The notes under the pieces are model-generated. The model worked only from the letters and a program-made list of their open reading frames with translations. It was not told the origin of the DNA and made no database searches. 64,000 nucleotides of DNA, from the IMG/VR virus record IMGVR_UViG_3300020045_012956, positions 1 to 64,000 of that record. One strand, written 5' to 3'. Numbering within the stretch: position 1 is the first letter of the stretch; each line of letters starts with the position of its first letter. Shown here in pieces: positions 44,257 to 53,147 of this stretch. Source of the DNA: a virus. Its lineage: Duplodnaviria; Heunggongvirae; Uroviricota; Caudoviricetes. The translations under genes and the position numbers were made by a program.

Positions 44257-44547
44257 ATGTTTCAATTAGTAGTACAAAAATCACATATTCAAGAATATGG
44301 ACCAACAACAGCAGTTGTTTTAAGTTTTTTAATGGAAAAAGAATATAAAAATTTACAATGTTTTGGTAGTGAGAAAAAATTCACTTATTCTAAAAAAGAA
44401 TTAGCAAAAGACACTGGATTAACAAGAGAAAGATTACAAACAGCATTAAAACAACTTGAATCATTATCTATTATAAAACAAGATAGTGAAGTTCTTAAAG
44501 GAATGAATTTTATTATATTTCATAATTATATTGCTGTCCCTTTTTAA
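44257..44547 (+). CDS. small winged-helix protein, paralogous to the N-terminus of the replisome-organizer-like gene
   Basis: 'LAKDTGLTRERLQTALKQLESLSII' resembles 'LAEKLNLSKDRIIKLVNELEKYNYI' in the next gene. Confidence 0.4.
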   Translation: MFQLVVQKSHIQEYGPTTAVVLSFLMEKEYKNLQCFGSEKKFTYSKKELAKDTGLTRERLQTALKQLESLSIIKQDSEVLKGMNFIIFHNYIAVPF

Positions 44548-44648
44548 TTTGTAATTATCAAAATTATTCTTAATTTTGCAGTATGTAAATACAGAAGGTA
44601 GGATGTCAGTATTTACTAAAGTAGTTAAATATTTATTTTAACTCATAA

Positions 44649-44686
44649 GCTGTATGAATCCTACCATGCAGCTTTTTTATTTTTTT
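44649..44686 (+). terminator. rho-independent terminator or attenuator directly before the replisome-organizer gene
   Basis: Hairpin gctgtatg-aatcctac-catgcagc (one G-U pair) followed by 'ttttttattttttt'. It overlaps the listed 44654 start, so the ATG at 44687 is preferred. Confidence 0.5.
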
Positions 44687-46327
44687 ATGATTCAATATAT
44701 TATACACCCTATTACATTTGAAGACAATAGAATTTGTCCTACATCAAAATTATTATTTTCATTGATAGTTAATTTATCTATAAATGATGGATTTTGTATT
44801 GCATCAAATATATTTTTAGCAGAAAAATTAAACCTATCTAAGGACAGAATTATTAAGTTAGTTAATGAATTAGAGAAATATAATTATATCAAAAATGAGA
44901 ATGTTTATAAAGATAATTCTAAATATGTAATATATAGAAAATTAATTCCTATTCAGGATAACTTCAATTTTTCATTAAGAGAGTATTATAAATTATTGGT
45001 AGAGATAAATAATTTAACAGTAAAAATGAATATTTTGATATCTAATAAAAATAATTCAACTAGTAGTGAAAACAATTTAACTAGTAGTGTAAATAATTTA
45101 GAAGGTAGTATTAATAATTTAGAAGGTAGTGAAAACAATTTAACTAGTAGTGTAAACACTACCAACGAAATTATAAATAATACCGAAAAAGTTATAAATA
45201 ATACTCAAATGAGTAGTGAAAACAATTTAACTAGTAGTGTAAACAATTTAGAAGGTAGTGTAAACACTACCCAAATATATACTAATAGTATATATAATAA
45301 TAATAATAAAACAAATAAAAAAGAAAAAAATAAAAAAGAAAAATTTGAGAATAAAGAAATCATAGAAAAAAAATCTCTTTTCAGAGATTCAAAACTTTTT
45401 GATAAAAATAAATTTATTTCAATGTCACTTGTTAACTTCAAATATGAATTTGATATAATAAAAGAAGTTTATGATAAGTTTTTATCAAATGAAATATCAA
45501 AAGAATTAGAAAATACTACAAACGACTGGATTAAATATTTTGAAAATTATTTTGATAAAAAAAATAACATTGAAAGAATAAATAATATTGATGCAAGTAA
45601 AATTTCGAATTACCTAAAAATTGATGTAGACAAACCTAAAAATTCATTTAGGATTGAAGAAAGATTTGTAGATTCTATTTTTTTTAATTGGCCAGATGAT
45701 TTAGAATATCCAAAATATGAAAATAGAAGGTTATTCAAGTTTGAATTTGAATGTTATTCAAAAAGAAATGAAAATAAATATTTTGATGCAGATTTAGATT
45801 ATTATTTTGACCAAATAAAAAACCATTCAAAAAATAATCCTAAATGGTTAAAAACCGATTGGAATGCAGTTTGTGATACTTTTATTTCAAATAATATTGG
45901 TAATTATAGAAAAATACAACTTCAACAAACTCAACAAGTAACAACAACAGAAACACCTAAACACGGTTACGAAAATTTAACATTTGAAGAATTTAATAAA
46001 TTTGATAAAAAACAAATGATAACTTTCTTAACCACTTGCAAAGATGCTCCTAAAATCATTCAAAAATTAAATCCTGAACTTTTCTGTTTTTTTATTTTTG
46101 AGCCTTACATAAATTTTGTTTTATCAATACGCTTTGAAAGAATGTACGATGGGGAAATAGAAAAAGAAATGAAAAAAATAAACCCCGAAAATGATAAATG
46201 GGTAAACTACAACTGTATTCAATTCAATGAACCATTGAAGGATCATATAGAAAAAATCAAAAGAGCGAAGAAATACGAGCCGTATAATGGAGAATATGAG
46301 AATGTCTATCCTGAACTAACAGTATAA
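44687..46327 (+). CDS. replisome-organizer/initiator-like protein (N-terminal wHTH) with internal iteron repeats
   Basis: N-terminal HTH. A central tandem amino-acid repeat (NNLTSSVNNLEGS…) is encoded by DNA direct repeats. Long Asn/Lys-rich C-terminus. Confidence 0.45.
   Translation: MIQYIIHPITFEDNRICPTSKLLFSLIVNLSINDGFCIASNIFLAEKLNLSKDRIIKLVNELEKYNYIKNENVYKDNSKYVIYRKLIPIQDNFNFSLREYYKLLVEINNLTVKMNILISNKNNSTSSENNLTSSVNNLEGSINNLEGSENNLTSSVNTTNEIINNTEKVINNTQMSSENNLTSSVNNLEGSVNTTQIYTNSIYNNNNKTNKKEKNKKEKFENKEIIEKKSLFRDSKLFDKNKFISMSLVNFKYEFDIIKEVYDKFLSNEISKELENTTNDWIKYFENYFDKKNNIERINNIDASKISNYLKIDVDKPKNSFRIEERFVDSIFFNWPDDLEYPKYENRRLFKFEFECYSKRNENKYFDADLDYYFDQIKNHSKNNPKWLKTDWNAVCDTFISNNIGNYRKIQLQQTQQVTTTETPKHGYENLTFEEFNKFDKKQMITFLTTCKDAPKIIQKLNPELFCFFIFEPYINFVLSIRFERMYDGEIEKEMKKINPENDKWVNYNCIQFNEPLKDHIEKIKRAKKYEPYNGEYENVYPELTV
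45055..45275 (+). repeat. iteron-like direct repeats inside the initiator gene (candidate replication origin)
   Basis: 'agtagtgaaaacaatttaactagtagtgtaaa' at about 45063, 45127 and 45213, and 'taatttagaaggtagt' at about 45094, 45114 and 45244. Confidence 0.5.
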
Positions 46328-46379
46328 AAAAATAATCGATTAAAACGCCTTAAAATTAGAATTAATAAAAATTGATAAA

Positions 46380-46646
46380 ATGGAAAATAAAAAATTAACC
46401 AACTTCAAAGATATTGATAATAACACCCTCAAAGAAGGGGACATTTTTCAATTCATTAACCCAAACGACTATTCAGGTTTTGAACCTATTGCAGTCAAAT
46501 TTGATAATCTAGATAATGAATTTGTTGCCTATAATCCGGAATGTTGCAACGTTTGTAAATATGGGAACGGTGGAATTTCAGAATTAAACGAAGCTATTGA
46601 AATAGGTGGTAAATTCAAAATAATAGGTAATATATTTGATAATTAA
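46380..46646 (+). CDS. hypothetical protein
   Basis: 88 aa containing a 'CCNVCKYGNGG' Cys motif. Confidence 0.3.
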   Translation: MENKKLTNFKDIDNNTLKEGDIFQFINPNDYSGFEPIAVKFDNLDNEFVAYNPECCNVCKYGNGGISELNEAIEIGGKFKIIGNIFDN

Positions 46647-47187
46647 TACAATGGACTTAAAAGTAAAAACAATTGATATTGAACTCGCTATTATGCGAAA
46701 ATTTGAATATAATCAAAATTATATAATTCCTAATATCACAAATCAAATGAATATTCTAAAGTTTGAAACTGATATGTTAGTCGTTTCAAAGTCAGGTTAT
46801 GCAACTGGATTTGAAATAAAAGTATCAAAATCAGACTTGAAAAATGATCTCAAAAAACCTCAATTATTAAATATTGATAAAATATTCAAATCAAAATCAG
46901 GAATTGAATTTTATTACCAAAAATTCAAATATTTCTATTATGCAGTACCAACAGAATTACAAGAAATTGCACTCAAATTAATTCCTGAATTTTGTGGCTT
47001 ATATACTTTAGAAAAAACAACTAAAAAATATATTTTCAAAGAAGTTAGAAAACCAACTAAACTACATAATTATAAATGGAATGATTCTGAAATATTCGAA
47101 ATATTAAGACTTGGTACAATGAGAATTTACGGATTAAAAAACAATATATTACAATTAAAAAACAATATTGATACACTCAAAAAATAA
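46636..47187 (+). CDS. PD-(D/E)XK-fold nuclease candidate
   Basis: 'ETDMLVVSKSGYATGFEIKVSKSD' fits D...(E)xK spacing. Confidence 0.35.
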   Translation: MIINTMDLKVKTIDIELAIMRKFEYNQNYIIPNITNQMNILKFETDMLVVSKSGYATGFEIKVSKSDLKNDLKKPQLLNIDKIFKSKSGIEFYYQKFKYFYYAVPTELQEIALKLIPEFCGLYTLEKTTKKYIFKEVRKPTKLHNYKWNDSEIFEILRLGTMRIYGLKNNILQLKNNIDTLKK

Positions 47188-47207
47188 ATATTTGCACTTT
47201 TGTAAAG

Positions 47208-47234
47208 TGTATTACAAAAAACATTAACTTTGCA
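47208..47234 (+). promoter_or_regulatory. early promoter (conserved family)
   Basis: tgtattacaaaaaacattaactttgca. Confidence 0.5.
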
Positions 47235-47251
47235 TAAAATTAGTTAAAAAT

Positions 47252-47704
47252 ATGAATAAAGAAATTATTAGCCCCTACATTTGGGCAGGTTTACCCGAAA
47301 AATTAAAATACAAAAAGATTAACTTTGATGACTTAGATAAACAACCAATTTACAATATGATTGAATCAATTTGTAATATTCTAGAAGTTCCACATCTAAG
47401 AATCTACAATAGAGACAAAGCAGCTTATTTGGTAGATGCAAAAAGAATATCAGTACATTTTATTCACAAATACACTAAATTGACACTCAATCAAATTGCA
47501 TCAATTATACAGTTAAAAGATCATTCAAGTATTATTCACTTACTTGAAACTTGCATTCAATTCTATGAAAATGACAAAATATTTAGAGATAAATTTAACT
47601 TAGTTCAATCTCAATTAACAAGCGAATTTATTATGAATAAATTTGAATTACGACTTAATAACAAATTAATGTATAATGACAATGGAATTATTATCAGAGA
47701 TTAA
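47252..47704 (+). CDS. DnaA C-terminal-domain-like DNA-binding protein
   Basis: 'RDKAAYLVDAKRISVHFIHKYTKLTLNQIASIIQLKDHSSIIHLLETCIQ' resembles DnaA domain IV (HTH ... DHSTVIHA). Confidence 0.4.
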   Translation: MNKEIISPYIWAGLPEKLKYKKINFDDLDKQPIYNMIESICNILEVPHLRIYNRDKAAYLVDAKRISVHFIHKYTKLTLNQIASIIQLKDHSSIIHLLETCIQFYENDKIFRDKFNLVQSQLTSEFIMNKFELRLNNKLMYNDNGIIIRD

Positions 47705-48356
47705 AGTTTTAGTTGCATGTGAAGAAAGTCAAGCCGTTACAATTGAATTTAGAAAATTAGGTATTGAGGCTTATTCTTGCGACATACAACCATGCAGCGG
47801 AGGTTATCCAGAGTTTCATTTTCAAAAAGATGTTTTTGAAGTTATTGAGTCTCAAAAATGGGATTTAATGATAGGTCATCCACCTTGCACATATTTAAGT
47901 TATGTTGGTGCTCCCTGGTTTGATATTGAAAAGCATAGACAAAAAGCAATAGAAAGAATGAAAAAAAGAGATTTAGCAATTGAGTTTTTTCTTAAAATGT
48001 GGGATGCAGATATTAAACATATTTGCTTAGAAAATCCAAGAGGTTATATTTCGGAAAAATTAAAATACAATCAAATTATTCAACCGTATTATTTTGGAGA
48101 TTCATGCAGCAAAACTACTTGTTTGTGGCTTAAAAATTTACCTCCATTGTACCACAATAAAACCGTTAATTTATTTGATTCTGAAATTACACATGTTGAA
48201 AAAGGAGAAATGACAAAGTCAGGTAGTGAACTATTATTTGGAACTCATACACTAAGTTTAAGCAATTCAGAACGTTCAAAACTACGTTCAAAGACCTTTC
48301 CTGGAATAGCAAAACAAATGGCTTTGCAATGGTCTAATTATTTATTAAATTTATAA
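47676..48356 (+). CDS. hypothetical protein with a 'GHPPCTYLS' Cys motif
   Basis: 226 aa. The motif is loosely reminiscent of the PPCH/PCQ catalytic-Cys motifs of pyrimidine C5-modifying enzymes, but the other family motifs are not evident. Confidence 0.3.
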   Translation: MTMELLSEIKVLVACEESQAVTIEFRKLGIEAYSCDIQPCSGGYPEFHFQKDVFEVIESQKWDLMIGHPPCTYLSYVGAPWFDIEKHRQKAIERMKKRDLAIEFFLKMWDADIKHICLENPRGYISEKLKYNQIIQPYYFGDSCSKTTCLWLKNLPPLYHNKTVNLFDSEITHVEKGEMTKSGSELLFGTHTLSLSNSERSKLRSKTFPGIAKQMALQWSNYLLNL

Positions 48357-48358
48357 AT

Positions 48359-48895
48359 ATGGAATTATTATCAGAGATTGAAACCCGAAAATTAAAGTAT
48401 CAAAAAGCTTTAATTGATACACCACAAAAAAAAGAAATCATTGAAACTGAACTTACTTTCTTACAAAATATTGAATCTGAATTGTTAAAACATCAAACAA
48501 TTTACGCTTTAATCACTGAAATAAAAAAACCTCTTTTTTTGTCTCAAAATGATACTAGTAAGTTTCAAAATGATACAGAAATACAAATAAAATTTAACAC
48601 TCCAAAACTTACAGAATTTGAAATTAATCAAAAATATATTGAACTTTGTAAGAAATATTTAATTGATAAGCTTATTTTTATAGAAAAAGAATATGATTTA
48701 GCAATATTAAATACTTGGAAATCAAAAGCAGAAACACTAAAAAAAGACTTTCAGGAATTGTGGATTTGTTTTTGTCAATTGCGACTTTTGGGTAATGTTT
48801 ATTTCACTACTTTGCAAGTTGAAAACTTAACAGATTTAGAAAAAATTAAATTAGGAATAGAGAAAATTTATAACTTATTGACAAATGGAGAATAA
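48359..48895 (+). CDS. hypothetical protein
   Basis: 178 aa. Confidence 0.3.
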   Translation: MELLSEIETRKLKYQKALIDTPQKKEIIETELTFLQNIESELLKHQTIYALITEIKKPLFLSQNDTSKFQNDTEIQIKFNTPKLTEFEINQKYIELCKKYLIDKLIFIEKEYDLAILNTWKSKAETLKKDFQELWICFCQLRLLGNVYFTTLQVENLTDLEKIKLGIEKIYNLLTNGE

Positions 48896-49202
48896 AAGAA
48901 AAATAGAAATAATTGAAAAGATAATTGAATTAATTAGTCAAAATCCTATATGGTACCCTTTTGGAATTTGTCAAGTATTAAACGAATTTAACGAAGTTAA
49001 TAATCTACAAAAAGAGTTTCAAATTTCATGTTATGAATATGCTATTATGTATCAATTTTTCAATTATTCAACTGGTTACTATGATTGTCACGGGCAAAGA
49101 ACTGAAAAAACCGAAGGTGCTTTTAGATTCAAAAATAATGAAAAAAGATTAAAGTATTTACATAAAAAATTAAAGGAATTACAAAATGAAAGATCACTAT
49201 AA
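48885..49202 (+). CDS. hypothetical protein
   Basis: 105 aa. Confidence 0.3.
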   Translation: MENKRKIEIIEKIIELISQNPIWYPFGICQVLNEFNEVNNLQKEFQISCYEYAIMYQFFNYSTGYYDCHGQRTEKTEGAFRFKNNEKRLKYLHKKLKELQNERSL

Positions 49203-49410
49203 AACACAACAATTTGAACCTGAAACTGAAAAAGAAATAAATCATTATTTACGGGTTTGTTCGGGTATTCAAAATACTACTTACTTTGTAGATTCAATCA
49301 ATAAAGGACTTAAAAAGAATTCTCAATGGACCATGAAAGGTTCTTTAGATTTTGTATTTATGAATCAAATTAAGCAAATCAATTCTAGAAAACATGAAAC
49401 AAGAAATTAA
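49186..49410 (+). CDS. hypothetical protein
   Basis: 74 aa. Confidence 0.3.
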   Translation: MKDHYKTQQFEPETEKEINHYLRVCSGIQNTTYFVDSINKGLKKNSQWTMKGSLDFVFMNQIKQINSRKHETRN

Positions 49411-49732
49411 TTACAGAAAAATAAAAGAAATTGAAGAAAATCATTCAATACAAATAAACCCTATTGAATGTTTCTTATACTCAAAACATAATAACATTAA
49501 TTCTCAAGTAAATAAATATTTTGGTAGATTTATCAAAGATAATATTATTCTAGAAATAGAATTCCACTGGCATTTTTCAGAAATTTATTTGAAAATTAAA
49601 CCAATTAAAGAACTTTATAAATCAGATAGAACACTTTCAATTCAAACATTCTTAACTGACAACAAATCAGTTATTGAAGTAAGCAAAGAAAAGTTTTTTG
49701 AAGAACTTGAAATTATAAAAAGCTTATTATGA
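49394..49732 (+). CDS. hypothetical protein
   Basis: 112 aa. Confidence 0.3.
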   Translation: MKQEINYRKIKEIEENHSIQINPIECFLYSKHNNINSQVNKYFGRFIKDNIILEIEFHWHFSEIYLKIKPIKELYKSDRTLSIQTFLTDNKSVIEVSKEKFFEELEIIKSLL

Positions 49733-51024
49733 ATGAATTTAAGTATCAATTAGAACCCTACAAAGGTAAAAAACACCGTTGCCCTCAATGTAACCATGAA
49801 AAAAGATTTGTTTACTACATTGACATTGATACAAATGAAATAATAAATGAAACTGTTGGAAGGTGTGAACGAGTAGACTCTTGCGGGTACCATTTCACAC
49901 CCTCGCAATACTTCGATCAAAATAAAGTTACTGAATTTGACCCTACTATTTTCACACCCAAAAAGATCATAATCAAAAAAGAAACTTCTTTTATTGATAA
50001 TTCATTATTCGTTGAATCTCAAAAAAATACTTCAAATTCATTTACTCAATACTTAATTCAACTATTTGGAGTAGAAACAACAAACCAACTTATTCAAAAG
50101 TACAGATTAGGAACCTACAATACAGATAAAAAAGGGTTAACAGCGTGGAATAATAGCGTTATTTTTTGGCAATTTGACAATAATAACCAAATCAGAACTG
50201 GTAAAGTAATGCAATATGATTCCAAAACTGGCAAAAGAAATAAGCAATTAAATGCAAATTGGATTCACTCAATTAGTACTTTCAATGACTTTAATCTTAA
50301 TCAATGTTTTTATGCTACTCATTTAACAATCAGTGATTTAACAAGTCCTATTGCAATAGTAGAAAGTGAGAAAACCGCAATTATAGCAAGCGTTTATTTT
50401 CCTAAATTCATATGGCTCGCAACGGGTGGTAAAGAGTTTTTGAATAAAGAAAAGTTTGAATTATTAGGAAATAGAAAAATAGTTTTATTTCCTGACTTGA
50501 ATTGCTTTGATCATTGGAGTGAAAAAATAAAAAAACTTGAAATACAAAACGTAATTGTATCAGATTTAATTGAAACAATTGCATCAAAAGCAGATAAATT
50601 AAAAGGTTTAGACTTAGCAGATTATTTAACAGATTCAAAGTATTCTGAAATTGGATATTTGCCAACCGTTGAACCTCCTAAAATTGAAATTAAAGAGGAA
50701 ATAAAGCCCGTAGAAGTTCCCAAAATACAAACATATACAAAACCACAACAAAACACTTCTTACAGGCTTTTAACTCCTTACGAGGTTAGTAAATTGAATT
50801 TAGGAGAAATTAACCCCCTTAGAATTGATACAAAAAAGATTGAAGAATTAGAACAGTTTTTTGATAACATTGAAATTCCTAATCAGTTGAAATATTTTGA
50901 AACTACTTATTTAGATTTACCATTTTCAATAAAACAATATTTGCACCTAGCAAAAGTCAATAAAAACCCTAGTTACATCAATCATTTAATCAAATTGAAA
51001 TACTATTTTGAAAATTTAATATAG
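49729..51024 (+). CDS. DNA primase (N-terminal zinc finger plus TOPRIM)
   Basis: The N-terminal 'CPQCNHEK…CERVDSCGYH' is a zinc finger. The TOPRIM region 'AIVESEKTAIIAS…KIVLFPDLNCFDHW' supplies the conserved E and DxD residues. Confidence 0.55.
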   Translation: MNEFKYQLEPYKGKKHRCPQCNHEKRFVYYIDIDTNEIINETVGRCERVDSCGYHFTPSQYFDQNKVTEFDPTIFTPKKIIIKKETSFIDNSLFVESQKNTSNSFTQYLIQLFGVETTNQLIQKYRLGTYNTDKKGLTAWNNSVIFWQFDNNNQIRTGKVMQYDSKTGKRNKQLNANWIHSISTFNDFNLNQCFYATHLTISDLTSPIAIVESEKTAIIASVYFPKFIWLATGGKEFLNKEKFELLGNRKIVLFPDLNCFDHWSEKIKKLEIQNVIVSDLIETIASKADKLKGLDLADYLTDSKYSEIGYLPTVEPPKIEIKEEIKPVEVPKIQTYTKPQQNTSYRLLTPYEVSKLNLGEINPLRIDTKKIEELEQFFDNIEIPNQLKYFETTYLDLPFSIKQYLHLAKVNKNPSYINHLIKLKYYFENLI

Positions 51025-51067
51025 TAAGAATCAAACAGTTAGATTTTATTTTATTTTATTCTTAAAT

Positions 51068-51095
51068 TTGTATTACAAAAGTAATTAACTTTGCA
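51068..51095 (+). promoter_or_regulatory. early promoter (conserved family), identical to the 14074 copy
   Basis: ttgtattacaaaagtaattaactttgca. Confidence 0.55.
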
Positions 51096-51109
51096 GAAAA
51101 TAAAAAATA

Positions 51110-51508
51110 ATGGAGTTCAAAGAATCAAACATATACAATAATGTATTTGTTTCACAAGATGGAACAATACGAAAAGGGGAACGGGTTTTAACACCTAACG
51201 AAAATAACAAAGTATATATAAATAATGAAAATATATTTATAAGCATTTTAGTTGTTGATGCTTTTATCATGGAATATTCTGAGGTACAGAAAAAAGGGCT
51301 TAAGTTTTGGCACAAGGACGGAAATAAAAAGAATAATACTGTTGAAAACTTACAACTCGTTACACAACAAGAATTAAACAAGTTATTATACGAAAATAGA
51401 TCAAAAGTTATTGCATTTCGAGTTAAGCTTAAAAACTACTCAAAACAATTTAGAAGGGACGTAGACAATTTTATTAAAAATTATGACCCTTCAAAACTTA
51501 AAGATTGA
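51110..51508 (+). CDS. HNH homing endonuclease (free-standing, between primase and helicase)
   Basis: 'FWHKDGNKKNNTVENLQLVTQQELN' matches the HNH_3 signature H-x-D/N-G-N-x2-N-N-x3-N-L. Confidence 0.55.
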   Translation: MEFKESNIYNNVFVSQDGTIRKGERVLTPNENNKVYINNENIFISILVVDAFIMEYSEVQKKGLKFWHKDGNKKNNTVENLQLVTQQELNKLLYENRSKVIAFRVKLKNYSKQFRRDVDNFIKNYDPSKLKD

Positions 51509-52469
51509 GACAGAATCTAAGATTGAAGAAATTAATATTTATCAAAGTGAAATATCAATTGAGAAAAACATTGTTAAACCTGAACGGTTCAAAGATAGGT
51601 TAAGACTAATAAATAAAAAAGGATACCCTGAAGGTTATAAAACATCTATATTTCTTTTAGATGGTAAAATTAGATGGTATAGAAGACAATTATACATAAT
51701 GACTGGTTATTCTTTTGAAGGCAAATCTCACTTAACAGAACAAATAATTTGTTATTTACTTGCAACCAATAAGAATGTAAAAGCTGGTTATTATAGTCCT
51801 GAACATTCAATAGATGATTTTTTTGTTCGACAATGTACTTTATTAGTAGGTAAAGAGTTTGAATATATTACAGAAATTGAATTAGAAGAATGTTTTGAGT
51901 TTTTTGAAAAAAAGATATTCTCAATTGATACAGATGATAAATTATTAAACTTTGATGAGCTTTTAGATTATACAGAATGGTTAGTAAAGAATCGAAACAT
52001 TGAATTTATGATCATTGATAATTGGGCCTCAATACTTTCAGATGACAACAACGCATCAGAAGTAAAACAAGGCATTTCAAGAAACTTAAATAAATTAAGA
52101 GGCTTTGCTAAGAAAGAAAATATATCTTTTTTTCTCATTGCACATCCAAACAAACCACCTGCAAACCGTAATTTAGCCAAACCTATCAAAGGTTACGACA
52201 TTTCAGGGGCGGCAGAATGGCAAGCATTTGCAGACGTTGGATTAACAAGCCATAGGGGTGATTTTCCAATTTTAGACATTTGGAAAGTTAAACAAAAATA
52301 TCAAGGTGGTATAGGAGAATTAGAAATGTTTTATAATAGTAATACAACTCGTTTTGAGTTTGGTGGATTTAACGACAATAGAAATTTAGTAAGAGTTTTT
52401 AATAAATTGGAAAGTGAACCAATTCAACCAACATACACAGATTCAAATTTATCAGACGTACCATTTTAA
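51483..52469 (+). CDS. DnaB/RecA-fold replicative ATPase (helicase candidate)
   Basis: Walker A 'GYSFEGKS', Walker B 'FMIIDNWAS', and 'FLIAHPNK'. Confidence 0.5.
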   Translation: MTLQNLKIETESKIEEINIYQSEISIEKNIVKPERFKDRLRLINKKGYPEGYKTSIFLLDGKIRWYRRQLYIMTGYSFEGKSHLTEQIICYLLATNKNVKAGYYSPEHSIDDFFVRQCTLLVGKEFEYITEIELEECFEFFEKKIFSIDTDDKLLNFDELLDYTEWLVKNRNIEFMIIDNWASILSDDNNASEVKQGISRNLNKLRGFAKKENISFFLIAHPNKPPANRNLAKPIKGYDISGAAEWQAFADVGLTSHRGDFPILDIWKVKQKYQGGIGELEMFYNSNTTRFEFGGFNDNRNLVRVFNKLESEPIQPTYTDSNLSDVPF

Positions 52470-52471
52470 CC

Positions 52472-52681
52472 ATGAAAAAAATATTAATAGTTGGTAATAA
52501 TCAAATTTCTAGTTTAATAACTGACAAAAAGACAATTGAATATTTAATGGAGCAAAGAAATATTGTAAGTATGAAATTTGATGCTCCTAAAATAGAATTA
52601 ACCCAAATTGCAGAACCTATTTTAACTAAAAAAGAAATAAAAGATACTAATAAACAATTTTATAAGTTTATAGCAAAATGA
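52472..52681 (+). CDS. hypothetical protein
   Basis: 69 aa. Confidence 0.3.
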   Translation: MKKILIVGNNQISSLITDKKTIEYLMEQRNIVSMKFDAPKIELTQIAEPILTKKEIKDTNKQFYKFIAK

Positions 52682-53088
52682 ATACAAAGAAATTAAGTTT
52701 TGAGATCGTGGAATACTTTTGTAAGAAAGTGCCAGTAAAAGTTGAGGATTTGTTAAGAGAAACTAACAAATTTGATTATAGACAATTTGAAAAGATTAAG
52801 CCCGAACAAGCTAGAAAAGATTTGAGTTTAGAAGTAGACCCGAAAAAGTTTTTAGTGAGTTACAAACTACCTGAAAAGTGGGAAACGTTCGCAGATTTGG
52901 AGGTAGATGAAGAAACACAAATTGAACTTGCATATATTGAGATTAGAGATAGATACGTAAAAAAGTATCCAAACTATCACAAAAATATGATTCAAAAAAC
53001 AAGAAAATACTTATTAGAAAATAATTTGATAGGTACTGTAAATTTAGATGAGGTTTACACTTTTGGAGTGAGTATAAAATTAATTTAG
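52678..53088 (+). CDS. hypothetical protein
   Basis: 136 aa. Confidence 0.3.
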   Translation: MNTKKLSFEIVEYFCKKVPVKVEDLLRETNKFDYRQFEKIKPEQARKDLSLEVDPKKFLVSYKLPEKWETFADLEVDEETQIELAYIEIRDRYVKKYPNYHKNMIQKTRKYLLENNLIGTVNLDEVYTFGVSIKLI

Positions 53089-53100
53089 AAGTTTTGTATT

Positions 53101-53128
53101 TTGTATTACAATTTAACATAAATTTGCA
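53101..53128 (+). promoter_or_regulatory. early promoter (conserved family)
   Basis: ttgtattacaatttaacataaatttgca. Confidence 0.5.
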
Positions 53129-53147
53129 ACATTAAAAATTAAAAAGA

